The notes: a model not told the origin generated them from the letters alone. A stretch of 64,000 nucleotides of DNA from Octopus vulgaris (GCA_951406725.2 OX597814.1:184078001-184142000), one strand, 5' to 3'. Positions 1 to 12,392 are shown, counted from the first letter of the stretch. Numbers and translations are program-made.

Positions 1-80
1 GTGCTCCAGCATGGCCGCAGTCAAATGACTGAAACAAGTAAAAGAATAAAAGAAAAGAATAAAAGAATAAAAGAATAAAG
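1..80 (+). mobile_element. 3' tail of SINE family A (cut by window edge)
   Basis: gtgctccagcatggccgcagtcaaatgactgaaacaagtaaaaga followed by (taaaagaa)n, matching the tails of full copies in the window. Confidence 0.85.
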
Positions 81-1579
81 TTAGACCCGTATACAAGTTC
101 TTCATTTTCAAAGGCCACAAAAATGTTTCAGAAAAAATCGTCTTTGTTCGGGTTCATAAGAAACTGAGTTTCACAAAGAAAAGATCTAGTGACGACTATA
201 ACCTATTAAGAAATTTATGATAATACGTAAAATATTCCATAATTTTTTATCTGTTGGTAAATACTTATACACATGTGTAAGCACACAAACATAGAAATCC
301 ACTCAGGCAATTACATGCATGCACGCATATAATTTGCAAGGACGTACGTGACTACATAACTGTCGAGTTTTAGTTCTCTATAATTTTGGTTTCATAATTT
401 TAGCTATAATTTTTCGTTCGTGACTTCTTTATCGGAGGACTTAATTATGGCAACTAAGTACCTCAGTACCAACCTCAACAAGACAGAGTTTCACAAAACC
501 AAAAAAGAATATGGTTAATTAGACAATAATAATTATAAGTGACGTCATTAATTGAACATTAAATGCATTTGGAATATTCTTGAGGTTAAGCCTGTTGAGT
601 ACATGTACACGTAAACGTATGAATGTTTACACATACATAAGTCAATACACAGATCCACACATTTGATATGCATTCATTGAAGCACACGTCTACAAATACA
701 TCCGTCAATGCATACATAGCCACACATACAAATGTACATACATATATACAGACAGACTACAAGCATAATCATTAAGTACAAATTGCTTTAGGAAAAGTTT
801 TTCCATTCATTACATCGAAACATTTCTGAGAATTTCCCAAGAATATTAACTTTCAACATTCTCATATGCGACAGTTCTGTAGATTGAATGACCCAATACT
901 AGGATTGCTAACGACCACTTTAGTTGCTAAGTGCGTCTGTTAAATTTACCTCTCTTTATATATCCTCGTCTCTCACTTTCCCTTTCTTTGTTGGTTTTCC
1001 TCCTCCTCTCCCTCTCTGTCTCTGTCTGTATGTCTCTCTCTCTCTCTCTCCCCCTCTCTCGTGCATGATCTATTTCAGCATACTTCCATCATTATTCATG
1101 AATTTCTTCCTCTCAGCTCCTACTTTCTTTACCCCATTTTTCTTTTTCTTCTGTTTCCTCCACTTCTCTCACTTTATTATCTACTGCAGTCTTTTAACTT
1201 TCACTCCATTTCTCTTAATTATTTCGACTACGTCTTTCAAATACTCTCTATGCATTTAGTTCTTACAATATATGCTTCACTTGTGCATTAGATCTGTACG
1301 TTCATCTGTCTGCCTATCCAATAATTTTGCTTATTTTACTTCATATGTTTGTGTACGTGCATAAAGCATGTGCATGGACAGTGTTGACAAGAAGTTCACT
1401 GCCAGTGCAAACAACATTAAAAATAAACTGTCACTCTGGAACATGCCTATTTATTATTTAATTCTGTTTGTAATAACAGGTGTTGTTTTAGTAGTTGTCA
1501 GTGATAACTGTGAGGACTATGATGTGGTCAGACTTTAAGTAACATTCACCATCGTAGCTGGTAGTTTTGCAAGGTGTAG

Positions 1580-2800
1580 TGATTCTATCATCCATAAATG
1601 TGGGACGATGAAAAACGTAGTTAAAGTGATGAATTACATAAAATCGCATTCCCTATGGTGCTGACTTTTTACATCCCTACGTGAAACTATGGATTATTAT
1701 TTTAAGTGTTTACTACTTTATACAGAAGTGCGATGGCCCTCGAAAGGGAAAGTGCTCTCTCGATTTATCTCTATGCGAACTGAAATATGTTTCTTCGATG
1801 CTGAAAATTCGGATTTGAATTTCTTAACGATGATAATTGGTGGTTGGAAGTAGTATTTCTTTTTCAGAAGTTGAACGTTTTAAATTTGAGTCTGCAAGGA
1901 GCTATCGAAAATATTACAATTACAGGCAAATTAGAGTCTTTCATTGACAAGTTAGAACTGTGGGTAAGGAAAGTTAAAACTCGCAGCTTGATTGCTTCCC
2001 AGGCGTAGAGGCTTTTCCAGACAGGTTAAAAATCTTGTCAGAAGTGCAGAAGACAGTAGAAAACCTCTCTTTTACTCTTTTACTCTTTTACTTGTTTCAG
2101 TCATTTGACTGCGGCCATGCTGGAACACCGCCTTTAATCGAGCAACTTGACACCGGGACTTATTCTTTTGTAAGCCCAGTACTTATTCTATCGGTCCCTT
2201 TTGCCGAACCGCTAAGTAACGGGGACATAAACACACCAGCATCGGTTGTCAAGCAATGCTAGGGGGACAAACACAGACACACAAACACACACACGCATAT
2301 ATATATATACATATACGACGGGCTTCTTTCAGTTTCCGTCTACCAAATCCACTCACAAGGCTTTGGTCGGTCCGAGACTATAGTAGAAGACACTTGCCCA
2401 AGGTGCCACTCAGTGGGACTGAACCCGGAAACATGTGGTTGGTAAACAAGCTACTTACCACACGGCCACTCCTCATTTGCTAAGTATTTGTCACCACTTC
2501 ATTATCAAATGCAAGAGTCGATCACCAATTCTTTCGCAGGATACGACATTACATATCTGCTATTAACATTAACAGAAGAAGGGAATTTAATAGACTTGAA
2601 AAACGATCCTGTGCATAAAGCCTCGTTTTCTGTGATAGAATTGTCAGAATTTTGGACTTCGTTTTGGAGCCAATATCTTCGATTAGCGACTACAGCCGTT
2701 AAATCTCTGTTGCCCTTTGGATCATCGTATCCTTGCGAATTAGGTATCTCTACCAAGAAAAAAGCACAACATCGGATAGAATGACTTGCTGCATTTGTTC
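1580..2800 (+). mobile_element. Degenerate hAT (Buster/Charlie-like) transposase, split by a SINE
   Basis: Translated pieces MKNVVKVMNYIKSH, LLLYTEVRWPSKGKVLSRF (cf. LLHTEVRWLSRGKVL) and LNLSLQG; C-terminal dimerisation-like LSEFW...LLPFGSSYPCELGIS (ORF 2488-2784); frameshifts and stops. Confidence 0.8.
2066..2474 (-). mobile_element. SINE family A (tRNA-derived CORE-type SINE with internal microsatellite)
   Basis: tRNA-like head with box A/B, ttgggcaagt CORE motif, internal (TA)/(CA) tract, (gtaaaaga)n tail. Confidence 0.85.
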
Positions 2801-3901
2801 CTGTGCTCTACACGCCAATTGCAAATCTCACTACGGTTAGCTTTTTCCTTTCATTTTTTTCCAGTTAAATAAATAAACTATTTGTCAGTTGTCGGATTCT
2901 ATTCTCTCTCTCTCTCTCTTTCTGGCTCTATCTGAATGAAATCGGGATGTAGGAAGGGCTGTGCGAGAATTCTCAATAACGTCTCTTTACACAGATAGGG
3001 ATAACGATGATGGAGGAAACAAGTACTTCGTATCTTGGAAGAAATTCACCTGTCCTAGGACAGACGAATGTTAATACAGCATGAAACGGGAAAAAATATA
3101 TCATGCCGCTACACTTGGCATATATTACAGTCATTTATAACAGTTTATAAAATCAAATCCTACATTTTAATTCCCATTGTTTATATAAAATGAAAGTAAT
3201 CATCCATGCTCTAATGCCTTTGATTGTCATATGAACCTTAATAAGGTTATCCTTGGAGCAAAACAACAATAAATACAACATACACCTTTTTATACAGCAT
3301 ACACTAATAATTAAATGAAATCCCGATAACTCTCTATTGATATTTTATAAGTGGGTGTTATTCATTGGACGATAAAGATTTCCAAATCCTATTGTCAGTT
3401 TCGTCAAAACACTTATGCGATGTAGGATTTCCGACTATGAACGACAGACAAGAGTAATTTTGTTTGATATTTGAATTCGGCTGTCAATTTTATCGACTGA
3501 AGTTCTTATCAAAGAAATTTAAGACTAAAAAGCACATTATTTATTTCTTAACAGCAATATAAATTTTAAAGTATTTTGAATAACAATTTTTTAGTTACTA
3601 CTTCAAATACATAAAAAAGCAGAAGAGAAAGGGTTGTTATTTTTTCCAATATCTTACATTACACAATACACAGTAAAAACTTTCATAACTTATATTGTTC
3701 TACATATGTATTTGTATTAGTAATAGTTGAATGAATTAAATATAAATTAAAACTTCTCCCCTTGATTTTCTTTGGTAAAGACTTTTCGTTTATTGAAAAT
3801 ATGTATGAGTAACGTTTGAAGATTTGTGTGAAAGTTTGAGTAGCATCACTTTGAATAGCATATAGGTCATATGCATGTGTGTATGCGCGTACGCGTGCAA
3901 A

Positions 3902-4112
3902 TACGTGGTGCTGAGAAGTTCCTGGCTTTAGCGTATCACGAAAGGCCTTGTTAGCGGCCCAAACTTTGAGTTCTTTGACGGGGCTTAGAAAACAGGAGGA
4001 AACGCTGCAATATGTATACGAATCGGAGAGAGGAAAATGTTAGATAAAATCATAATTAACTCCTGTATTTTCCTTTATCCAAAACCGGAAAATTTTAAAG
4101 TTTCTCTCGTGT
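3902..4112 (+). mobile_element. Internally deleted mariner element/MITE
   Basis: TA-flanked TIR-like start tacgtggtgctgagaagttcctggcttt; internal sequence resembles the last codons of a mariner transposase; degenerate right TIR. Confidence 0.5.
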
Positions 4113-4141
4113 ATATATATATATATATATGTGTGTGTGTA

Positions 4142-4225
<84 letters not shown>

Positions 4226-4509
4226 GTATATATATACATATATAAATATTTTTTTCCGAATGTGTGTAAATGTGTATAGAATTATATATCAGTTGAATAA
4301 AGTTAAAATATGGTTTGGTTTTCACGTTTTTTTATTATGATATTTAAAAAGAATATAATTTTTTACAATGTTAAAGTGTGCTTAACATTAAAAAATATGT
4401 TATAATGTTCATTAAGTTCAATTAGCGTTTTCATACGTTCGGAGTAATCATCAGATTTCAAAATGTATATAACTGACATTTGAGTTCTTGACAATTGTAG
4501 TAAAATGAC

Positions 4510-5630
4510 CAAATCCTTAGAAAATCTGGAATAATTCAACACCCTCTTCAACAATCTACACCCTAGTTTTAAATTCACACGAGAGAAATGAGCAAATGGT
4601 AATTAAAATCAACACCACAATCACTACTGATATTTATTACAAAGCACAGATGCACACCACTAACTAAATTTCAACTCATGCCATCCAACAAACGCAAAAC
4701 GCAAATTTGTACTATACTCTTTTACTCTTTTACTGCGGCCATGCTGGAGCACCGCCTTTGAAAAATATGGAACGCTTCACGAATTTGCGTGTCATCCTTG
4801 TGCAGGGGCCATGCTAATCTTCCCTGTATCGTTCCAATTTTAGAATATGTACCGCCGTAGCTAGTACATAGTAGATGATCCAAAAAACCAGGAACATACG
4901 ACTTATAGAACTCAAAGTATTTCTGCTCAAGTAAAATAACCCTCTCCTACTTATAGAAAATAGCATACAACGAGCAAAGTAGATACGTATATAGAACAAC
5001 ATAGGGCAATACGAGACAGATAACCCCATCAAGAGAAACAATACTATTTCTAGTAGCACGCAATCCGCGCCACCAAAACATTTTTAACATCATCAAAACA
5101 AATTTGTCAATCATGAAACAAATTAAAAGATTAAAAAACATAAGTAGTCAAACACTTATCTTAAGCAAAATGGCAACCATATAGCCTAAAGAAACTATTA
5201 ACGAAGGCAAAATTAGTCATGAACAAACCGGATAAAACATTCACAGTATCTAAGTGTAATGATAACAGATGTGGAACGTGTCAATACATGCATACTGGTA
5301 GTTCCATTAGAACAAAAAATGGACAAATTTCCGTAAATACAGATACCAACTGCAAAAATAGAAATGTTATCTACTGAAATTAAATGCCTGAATTGCGAGG
5401 CACTATATATTGGCAAGACATGGAATGCATGGAACGCTTACAAGTCCATAGGCAAAAAATCGGGAGCACTACTGTTCGCCAAATTCGATTGAGCGAACAT
5501 ATAGTAACATGTGATCAGAAAATGTTTCTAATTTTTCATTTCCACAAACTACATGACACAAATGAGGTTGGAAAAAAGATAAAGAAAAACGGTTTATTAA
5601 AGTGTTCAAACCTGTTCTGAACGGAAATAA
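4510..5630 (+). mobile_element. Penelope-like element remnant (RT C-terminus + GIY-YIG endonuclease)
   Basis: FNNLHPSFKFT, TDIYYK..LNFNSCHP, KCNDNRCGTC, NCKNRNVIY..KCLNCEALYIGKT, RLQVHRQKI..LSEH; stops and frameshifts. Confidence 0.85.
4761..4867 (-). pseudogene. U6: Full-length processed U6 snRNA pseudogene fused to a retroposon 3' tail
   Basis: Minus strand reads gtactagctacggcggtacatattctaaaattggaacgatacagggaagattagcatggcccctgcacaaggatgacacgcaaattcgtgaagcgttccatattttt; ACAGAGA box changed to ACAGGGA; upstream flank is Penelope ORF rather than a promoter. Confidence 0.95.
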
Positions 5631-6118
5631 CATCAATAATATAACAACCAGTAAATGATGTGTATTAAAAAATATCTTTAACATATGGATATAAACAAAT
5701 TACAGAAGACTGTCTCCAATTGAAATAAAAACGATCGGAAACAACTAAGTTTGCTCAATTATAAAATCATTACATGTAAACCGCGAGCTAATTGGTTAAA
5801 AAAGGTGGGATATATGCCAGTAATATCGGTACGCTCGGCAAAGCGTGTTGTTTAAGCTGCATGCGGATTGGTCAAAACCATATTACAAAAATCTGGCTTG
5901 TTGGAGCTCTTTAAGAGGTACAACAAAAACGAAGAAGTTGGTCATTTTCCTACAAGAAATCAACTGTCAGTTAAATACATTTTGAAATCCGATGGTTACT
6001 ACGAACGTATGAAAGCGATAATTGAACTTTATGAACATTGAAAATTCATATTTTTTAGAATGCCACAATAAAAAAAGGGAAAATCAGACCATGTTTTAAC
6101 TTTATTCAATTAATATAA

Positions 6119-6393
6119 GATCAAAGAGGAAAAGGATCCCATCAACTTTAAACAGAGTCTGGATAGATTCCTTCAAAGAATACCAGATAAGCCACCCATA
6201 ATTGGATACAACTCATCCAACAAGAACTCACTACTTGAACAAAACTGGATACAACTCACCCAACAAGAACTCACTACTTGAACAAAACTTGACTTAAACA
6301 GGATTCGAATAATCATATCAGGTGGTGCTATTAAGTTAGGCATGGCCTGGACCAATCTTTGGTCGAAACATAACTAAGTTTTATCTAAGTTTT
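6119..6393 (+). mobile_element. 3' end of CR1-like LINE
   Basis: KDPINFKQSLDRFLQRIPDKPPIIGYNSSNKNSLLE (CR1-type ORF2 C-terminus), then 3'UTR ggtggtgct..gcatggcctggacc..ggtcgaaaca and a short repeat tail; second copy at 63340-63599. Confidence 0.75.
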
Positions 6394-6407
6394 ATATATA
6401 TATATAC

Positions 6408-6477
<70 letters not shown>

Positions 6478-6479
<2 letters not shown>

Positions 6480-6705
6480 ATAAAACTGAGAATGGGTGTC
6501 TGTCTGTGTGTTTCCCTGAAAAATGAGAACTACACAACCAATTTCATTCGAATTTTACACATGTCTTACTTAGGGTCCGGGGAGTGTCATCGGCAAACAA
6601 ATGTTTAACTTCCTGCCTAGATCGAGCCCACAGCAATATCATATCTTCTTCACTATTTCAGTATTACGTGTTGAAAGTGAAACAAAAATCTCTCTCTATT
6701 GTAAG
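6478..6705 (+). mobile_element. Helitron-like non-autonomous 5' fragment
   Basis: tatataaaactgagaatgggtgtctgtctgtg..caaccaatttcattcgaatttt resembles the 5' end of the complete Helitron at 56454. Confidence 0.4.
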
Positions 6706-6711
6706 TATATA

Positions 6712-6760
<49 letters not shown>

Positions 6761-6929
6761 GGTGTATATATAAACATATACTGTGTATGTATATATATAC
6801 ATATATATTTTAAAACAATACAAAAAAACTCACGCACACACGCTCTCGCACACGCACACACGCTCTCGCACACGCACACACACACACGTGTGTAAATACA
6901 TGTACGTATGTATGCATGTATATATATAT

Positions 6930-7874
6930 ATATATAAGAATTAAAATGGAGGACAAGAGATGGAACGAACCGACGAATCGAAAACGAACCCAACGCGAGG
7001 CGCTGTCAGACAATAATGTAATAATTAAAATATATGCATACATACAAACATATATGTACGTACCTACACCTACATGTATATATAAATGCATATATAAATA
7101 AATATACGTGAGTACAGGACACCACAACAGGACGTAGAAACGGGAAAAACATAAAATTATAACAAGAAAATAAGGAAAAGTCCCCGGTCATCGGCTGTCG
7201 CTAGTTAGACTCAAGCGTGTTTCGAAGGCGAGACAGGACACATCGTAAAACTAGGCCTTCCTGCGAGAGAATTAAAATAAAATTCCAAGCAGCCGGGTGA
7301 AAAACGGTTAAGAACACAACCAGGACTTAATAATAAAACTGCACAGTAAAATACAAGATAAAATACACGATAAAAATACATGTACAAAAAAATACAAACG
7401 AGAAATAAAAAGAGAATACAATATGGGAAATCAAATAAAACAAGAGAACGAACGAGAAAAAACAAACGAAAAGGCCTTTTTTGGCTAGACGGAAGATGTA
7501 GTGGCAGCGTATGGAAAGCGTATGGAAAGCATGACTTTTCAGTCCCTAGGGCAGCGTGCAAAAGAAAGAGATTATGGCTGGCGGTGAGGAAGAAGGAGGA
7601 GTGAGAGAGAGAGAGAAAAAGAGGGGGACGCGCGGCTGAGAGAGAGAGGAGGGAGAGGGAGAGGGAGATGAGGGAGAGTGAGAGGGAGAGAGAGGGAGAG
7701 GGTAAAGCAAGGGGAGAGAATTTCGCGTCTTGAATATATATAAGAATTAAAATGGAGGACAAGAGATGGAACGAACCGACGAATCGAAAACGAACCCGAC
7801 GCGAGGCGCTGTCAGACAATAATGTAATAATTAAAATATATGCATACATACAAACATATATGTACGTACCTACA
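6930..7874. repeat. ~139-bp direct repeats (6930-7068, 7736-7874) flanking a ~670-bp Penelope-LTR-like insert
   Basis: Near-identical copies of tatataagaattaaaatggaggac...gtacctaca (one mismatch seen). Confidence 0.85.
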
Positions 7875-7962
<88 letters not shown>

Positions 7963-8289
7963 TGTATGTATGTTTGCATGTATATCGTATTTCTTATTCG
8001 ATATCGTTTCTTACTCGATATGGCTTCGGTCATTCTGAAGCGCTTCTTCCTGTATGTAAATAAATTTATAAATATCTGTTTTGAGATACGAATAATCATT
8101 ATTTTTAATCCAATTAAACCATCAAGTATCGCGATAGAGATAATCGACAAAAATAAGAAGAAAAAAGAATCCCCAAACAAACGGCAGACCAAATCTATAT
8201 TTTCTGAGTTGTTGTTCTTCGAAACAATTACTCTGTTTTGTAGACACTTGACCTATATTGTAGTCAATTGCGCCGTTTGTAGTCATATA

Positions 8290-8655
8290 TATTTCTTTAC
8301 TACCCACAAGGGGCTAAACACAGAGGGGACAAACAAGGACAGACAAAGGGATTAAGTCGATTACATCGACCCCAGTGCGCAACTGGTACTTAATTTATCG
8401 ACCCCGAAAGGATGAAAGGCAAAGTCGACCTCGGCGGAATTTGAACTCAGAACGTAACGGCAGACGAAATACCCATTTCTTTACTACCCACGAGAGACTA
8501 AACACAGAGAGGACAAACAAGGACAGACAAAGGGATGAAGTCGATTACATCGACCCCAGTGCGCAACTGGTACTTAATTTATCGACCCCGAAAGGATGAA
8601 AGGCAAAGTCGACCTCGGCGGAATTTGAACTCAGAACGTAACGGCAGACGAAATA
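8290..8655 (-). mobile_element. SINE family B (Meta/MESC-domain-like), headless tandem dimer
   Basis: Two units containing gtcgactttgcctttcatcctttcggggtcgataaattaagtaccag. Confidence 0.8.
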
Positions 8656-8726
8656 GAGAGGCGCTGATATTTCTTGTTTTCTTCTAGCGCTAATGCAATG
8701 GACTGTTTCACAGAAGTAACTAATAA

Positions 8727-9148
8727 TCTCTTACCTTTTACTTGTTTCATCTATTAGACTGCGGCCATGCTAGAGCTTCGCGTTGAGGAATTTCAGTCGA
8801 ACGAACCAACCCGACTACTTATTATTTTTAACCATGGAACAATCGGTTTTTTTTTTTTCTGAAACGTTAACTTGTCCGGATGTAAACACACCAATACCAG
8901 TTGGCAAGTGGTGTGGTGGAGGACCAGCAGAGGCACAAAAACATACACAAACATACACACACACAAATACAACCACATACGCGCGCATACACATGCTTGT
9001 ATATATATACAATTACAACGGCCTTCTTTTACATTCCGTCAACCAAATCAACTCATCAGGCCGAGTAGACGACAATTGCTCAAGATGCCATGCAGTGAGA
9101 TTGAACACAGATCCATATGGTTAGGAAGGAAACTGCTGACCACACAGC
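8727..9148 (-). mobile_element. SINE family A, old diverged copy
   Basis: Colinear but diverged match to family A from tail to head. Confidence 0.65.
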
Positions 9149-9404
9149 ATCGGAGTTTCGTCGTCCCTTTCGCTTTCTGATCCCACTCAACAAAATACTC
9201 GATCTGATACTTTTTCTCAATTGCATCCAGTTGGATTTCTCTCTCCATTTACGTTTTTCTACATACCTCACTATTCAGCCGTTGAACCCGTTGAACAAGT
9301 TTCGCGTAAATCGGACTACGGGGCCCCGAAATACGCGTTTTTTCACGTAGTTTGAACTATTGGTGACCCAAATGTTTACGGGTAGTCTAGTGTATGTATA
9401 TATA

Positions 9405-9491
<87 letters not shown>

Positions 9492-9492
<1 letters not shown>

Positions 9493-9748
9493 TATAGTAG
9501 TTAGGCTGCTGCACTCACGATCGCTAAATCGTGGGTTCGATGCCCTAACTGGGTGTTGGGTTGCATTCTTGAGCGAAGCACTTCATTTCACATTGTTCCA
9601 GTCCCCCTTCGATCAGGGGCGAATGCTGGCCTGCTCGACTAGCCACCGTGGTAGCGTTATTTGAAGGCTAAAACAATGCAAAAGCGCATTATGATTAGCG
9701 ATGTATAACATCACACAGCCTGGTCTGTCACGTGACCACGTTATGATA
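9492..9748 (+). mobile_element. CORE-type tRNA SINE (family D-related head), diverged
   Basis: tagtagttagg..gggttcgatgccc..ttcttgagcgaagcacttcatttcac; its tail gaaggctaaaacaatgc..cacgtgaccacg also occurs inverted at 10791-10909. Confidence 0.6.
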
Positions 9749-10571
9749 TACACAGACCCACACGCGGGTGTGCGCACACACGCACACATATATGTATATA
9801 CGTGAATATGTGACTCATGTGTCCTTAGGTGTGTAATGTCGGTATGTATGTATACACCTCTCTACTTCATTTCTCTATATCTCTTGTCTTATTTATCAAT
9901 GCATCTCGGTACCAGGGCAGAGATCTAACATCAATACCGTGTGAATGAATAAACTCGACAACACATATTGAATGGTCTTTCAGTCTCGTTTATATACATG
10001 TGTGTGTGTGTGTGTGTTTGTGCCTATAATCATTTAACCTATGTTTATATCAAAAGTCTTCCGAAACATGGAATTTGATATCACACATACATACAAAAAA
10101 AAAAAAGAAGAAAAATGCCTTACGGAAAAAGGGATTGAAAGATTGTCCCTATTTGACGCGTGATTCATTTGTTTGTGGTAATTTTGTGGAGCGTGTAGGA
10201 GGAGGAATACGCGTGAGAAATAAACAGAAGATAAGGAAAAGCACATATGAGTTATTGTTGATGGACATAATACAGAAATAAGTTCTTTAAATAGATTTCC
10301 GTACATGTGTGATGGAGGCCCTTTCCCTCGTTGACTAGGATCTTTATATTCATGTCTCGTGGTTTAATCAATGAAGTCAAATAGAACATTTAATCCCATT
10401 TCTCTGTTTAAATAAATTGTCTAATGGATAGGGTAGAAGAAGCCTTACTATGTATGTATGTATGTATGTATGTAAGTATGTATGCATATATGTATGTAAG
10501 TAGGTATGTATGTAAGTATGTATGTGCGTGTCGATGTGTATATATATATATATATACATTCAAAATGTGAC

Positions 10572-10775
10572 CGCGTGTGTATCGTTGGCGATTTTTTCCC
10601 TCCATCTTCCCTTCCTTGGATCTTTCCTTTCCCTATGTTTTTGACGAAGAGCTCCGCTCGAAACGTTAAATCCTCCTTCTTTCTTTCCTTTCCTTAGCAT
10701 CCAATAACACTATACTTGTTCCACGTCCTCGCGTTGTGTTTTCTCTTTTTGTTTTCATGTTTGGATTAACTATTT
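10572..10775 (+). mobile_element. Short Penelope-LTR/retrozyme-like module with minimal hammerhead motif, in (TA)n
   Basis: ttgacga-a-gagc-tcc-gctc-gaaacgtta at 10641-10668; the same module occurs inverted at 51735-51930. Confidence 0.6.
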
Positions 10776-10790
10776 ATATATATATATATT

Positions 10791-10909
10791 TCACGTGATC
10801 ACGTGACCGACCAGACCATCAGATGTTGCTACACATCGCTGGTCACAATGCGTTCGCATTGTTTTAGCCTTCGAATGACGCCATCCCGCTGGCTAAGCGA
10901 GCAGGCCAA
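10791..10909 (-). mobile_element. Isolated retroposon 3' tail (shared with SINE at 9492)
   Basis: Reverse complement ttggcctgctcgcttagccagcggga..gaaggctaaaacaatgc..tcacgtgatcacgtga. Confidence 0.6.
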
Positions 10910-11027
10910 TTTATATATAAAATTCTTTTACTCTTTTATGCGTTTCAGCCCGAAGCTGAAACGCATAATGTAGAAGCGTGTGCGTGTATGAATGTATATA
11001 TGCGTGTCTATGACGTTAATTCTGTTA

Positions 11028-11430
11028 TTTCTTTTCCTTGTTTCAGTCATTTGACTGCAGCCATGCTGGAGCACCACCTTTAGTCGAACAAATCGATCTC
11101 AGGCCTTATTCTTTGTAAACCTAATGCTTTTTCTATCGGTCCTTTTTGCCGAACCGCTAATTTACGGGGACGAAAACACGCCAACATCGGTTGTCAAACG
11201 GTGGTGGAGGAACAAACACAGCCACAGAAATACACATACACACACATAAACACATATATATATATATATATACCCTTTGGGTTTCTTTCAGTTTCTGTCT
11301 GCCAAAATCCATTCACAAGGTTTTTGTTAGCCAGCGGCTATAGTAGAAGGCACCTGCTCAAGGTGCCACGTAGTGGGACCAAACCCAGAACCATGTGATT
11401 TGGAAGAAAGCGTCTAACCACAGCCACACA
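11028..11430 (-). mobile_element. SINE family A
   Basis: Colinear match to family A. Confidence 0.8.
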
Positions 11431-12004
11431 CTGCTTAAAAGCTGCTCATATTGTTTGGGTCAGGCAACCTAGCAGTTCAACAAATAATGATGATATCATA
11501 ATAAGAGAGGTAAAAATCAGAGCAGGAATCGAAATGGTTCGACTAAAGCCTTGAAGACGGTGCCCAGCATAGTTATTTTAATACATTTATTCATCGGTGA
11601 ACTGCCTTGCGAATACTATAAATAATATAAACGATGTAGCTACAATAGATTATGCCTTCGATTTTCTTCCATAGTTTATCAGTCCATTGTTTTACGAATA
11701 TTATAAATGCTCTGTGCATAACAGATTATAACATCGATTTTGTTCCATAGTTATAGTGTTACATATATAGTGCTAGCGGAATAATACAGATTGGGATCAA
11801 TTGTTTTTTTCTTCTAGATTTGATAAACAGCATAAAGTACTACTCAAGAACTGCGATCAATAGTATCGACTTCACCCGTCCCAAACAATTTGTGATGTTG
11901 TAACTATGTTAGAGACCAATATTAGTATGATGAATTAGCAGAATCGGTAGAGCGCAAAACAAGTCAGTAGTTTTTATTGTTGTATAGTTAAGTGTATATT
12001 TTGT

Positions 12005-12392
12005 GGTGGAGGCGCAATGGCCCAGTGGTTGGGGCAGCGGACTCGCGGTCGTAGGATCGCGGTTTCGATTCCCAGACCGGGCGTTGTGAGTGTTTATTGA
12101 GCGGAAACACCTAAAAGCTCCACGAGGCTCCGGCAGGGGATTGTGGTGATCCCTGCTGTACTCTTTCACAACAACATTCTCTCACTTTTACTTCCTGTTT
12201 CTGTTGTACCTGTATTTCAAAGGGCCGGCCTTGTTATTCTCTGTGTCACGCTGAATATCCCCGAGAACTACGTTAAGGGTACACGTGTCTGTGGAGTGCT
12301 CAGCCACTTACACGTTAATTTCACGAGCAGGATGTTCCGTTGATTCGGATCAACCGGAACCCTCGTCGTTGTAACCGACGGAGTGCTTCCCA
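12005..12392 (+). mobile_element. tRNA-derived SINE family C, full length with 11-bp TSD
   Basis: Box A tggcccagtgg, box B gtttcgattcc; TSD gtatattttgt at 11994-12004 and 12393-12403; second copy at 43046-43419. Confidence 0.85.

Noticed and set aside
1-45. Hammerhead in the SINE A tail (stem-GAAAC-AA-GUA)
   Set aside because: There is no CUGANGA core upstream; it is better explained as a LINE recognition stem-loop.
4761-4867. Functional U6 gene
   Set aside because: The ACAGAGA box is mutated, the upstream flank is Penelope ORF rather than PSE/TATA, and a retroposon tail and TSD are present.
12005-12085. tRNA gene
   Set aside because: It is the tRNA-like head of SINE C (body, TSD and a second copy are present); the same applies at 35164.
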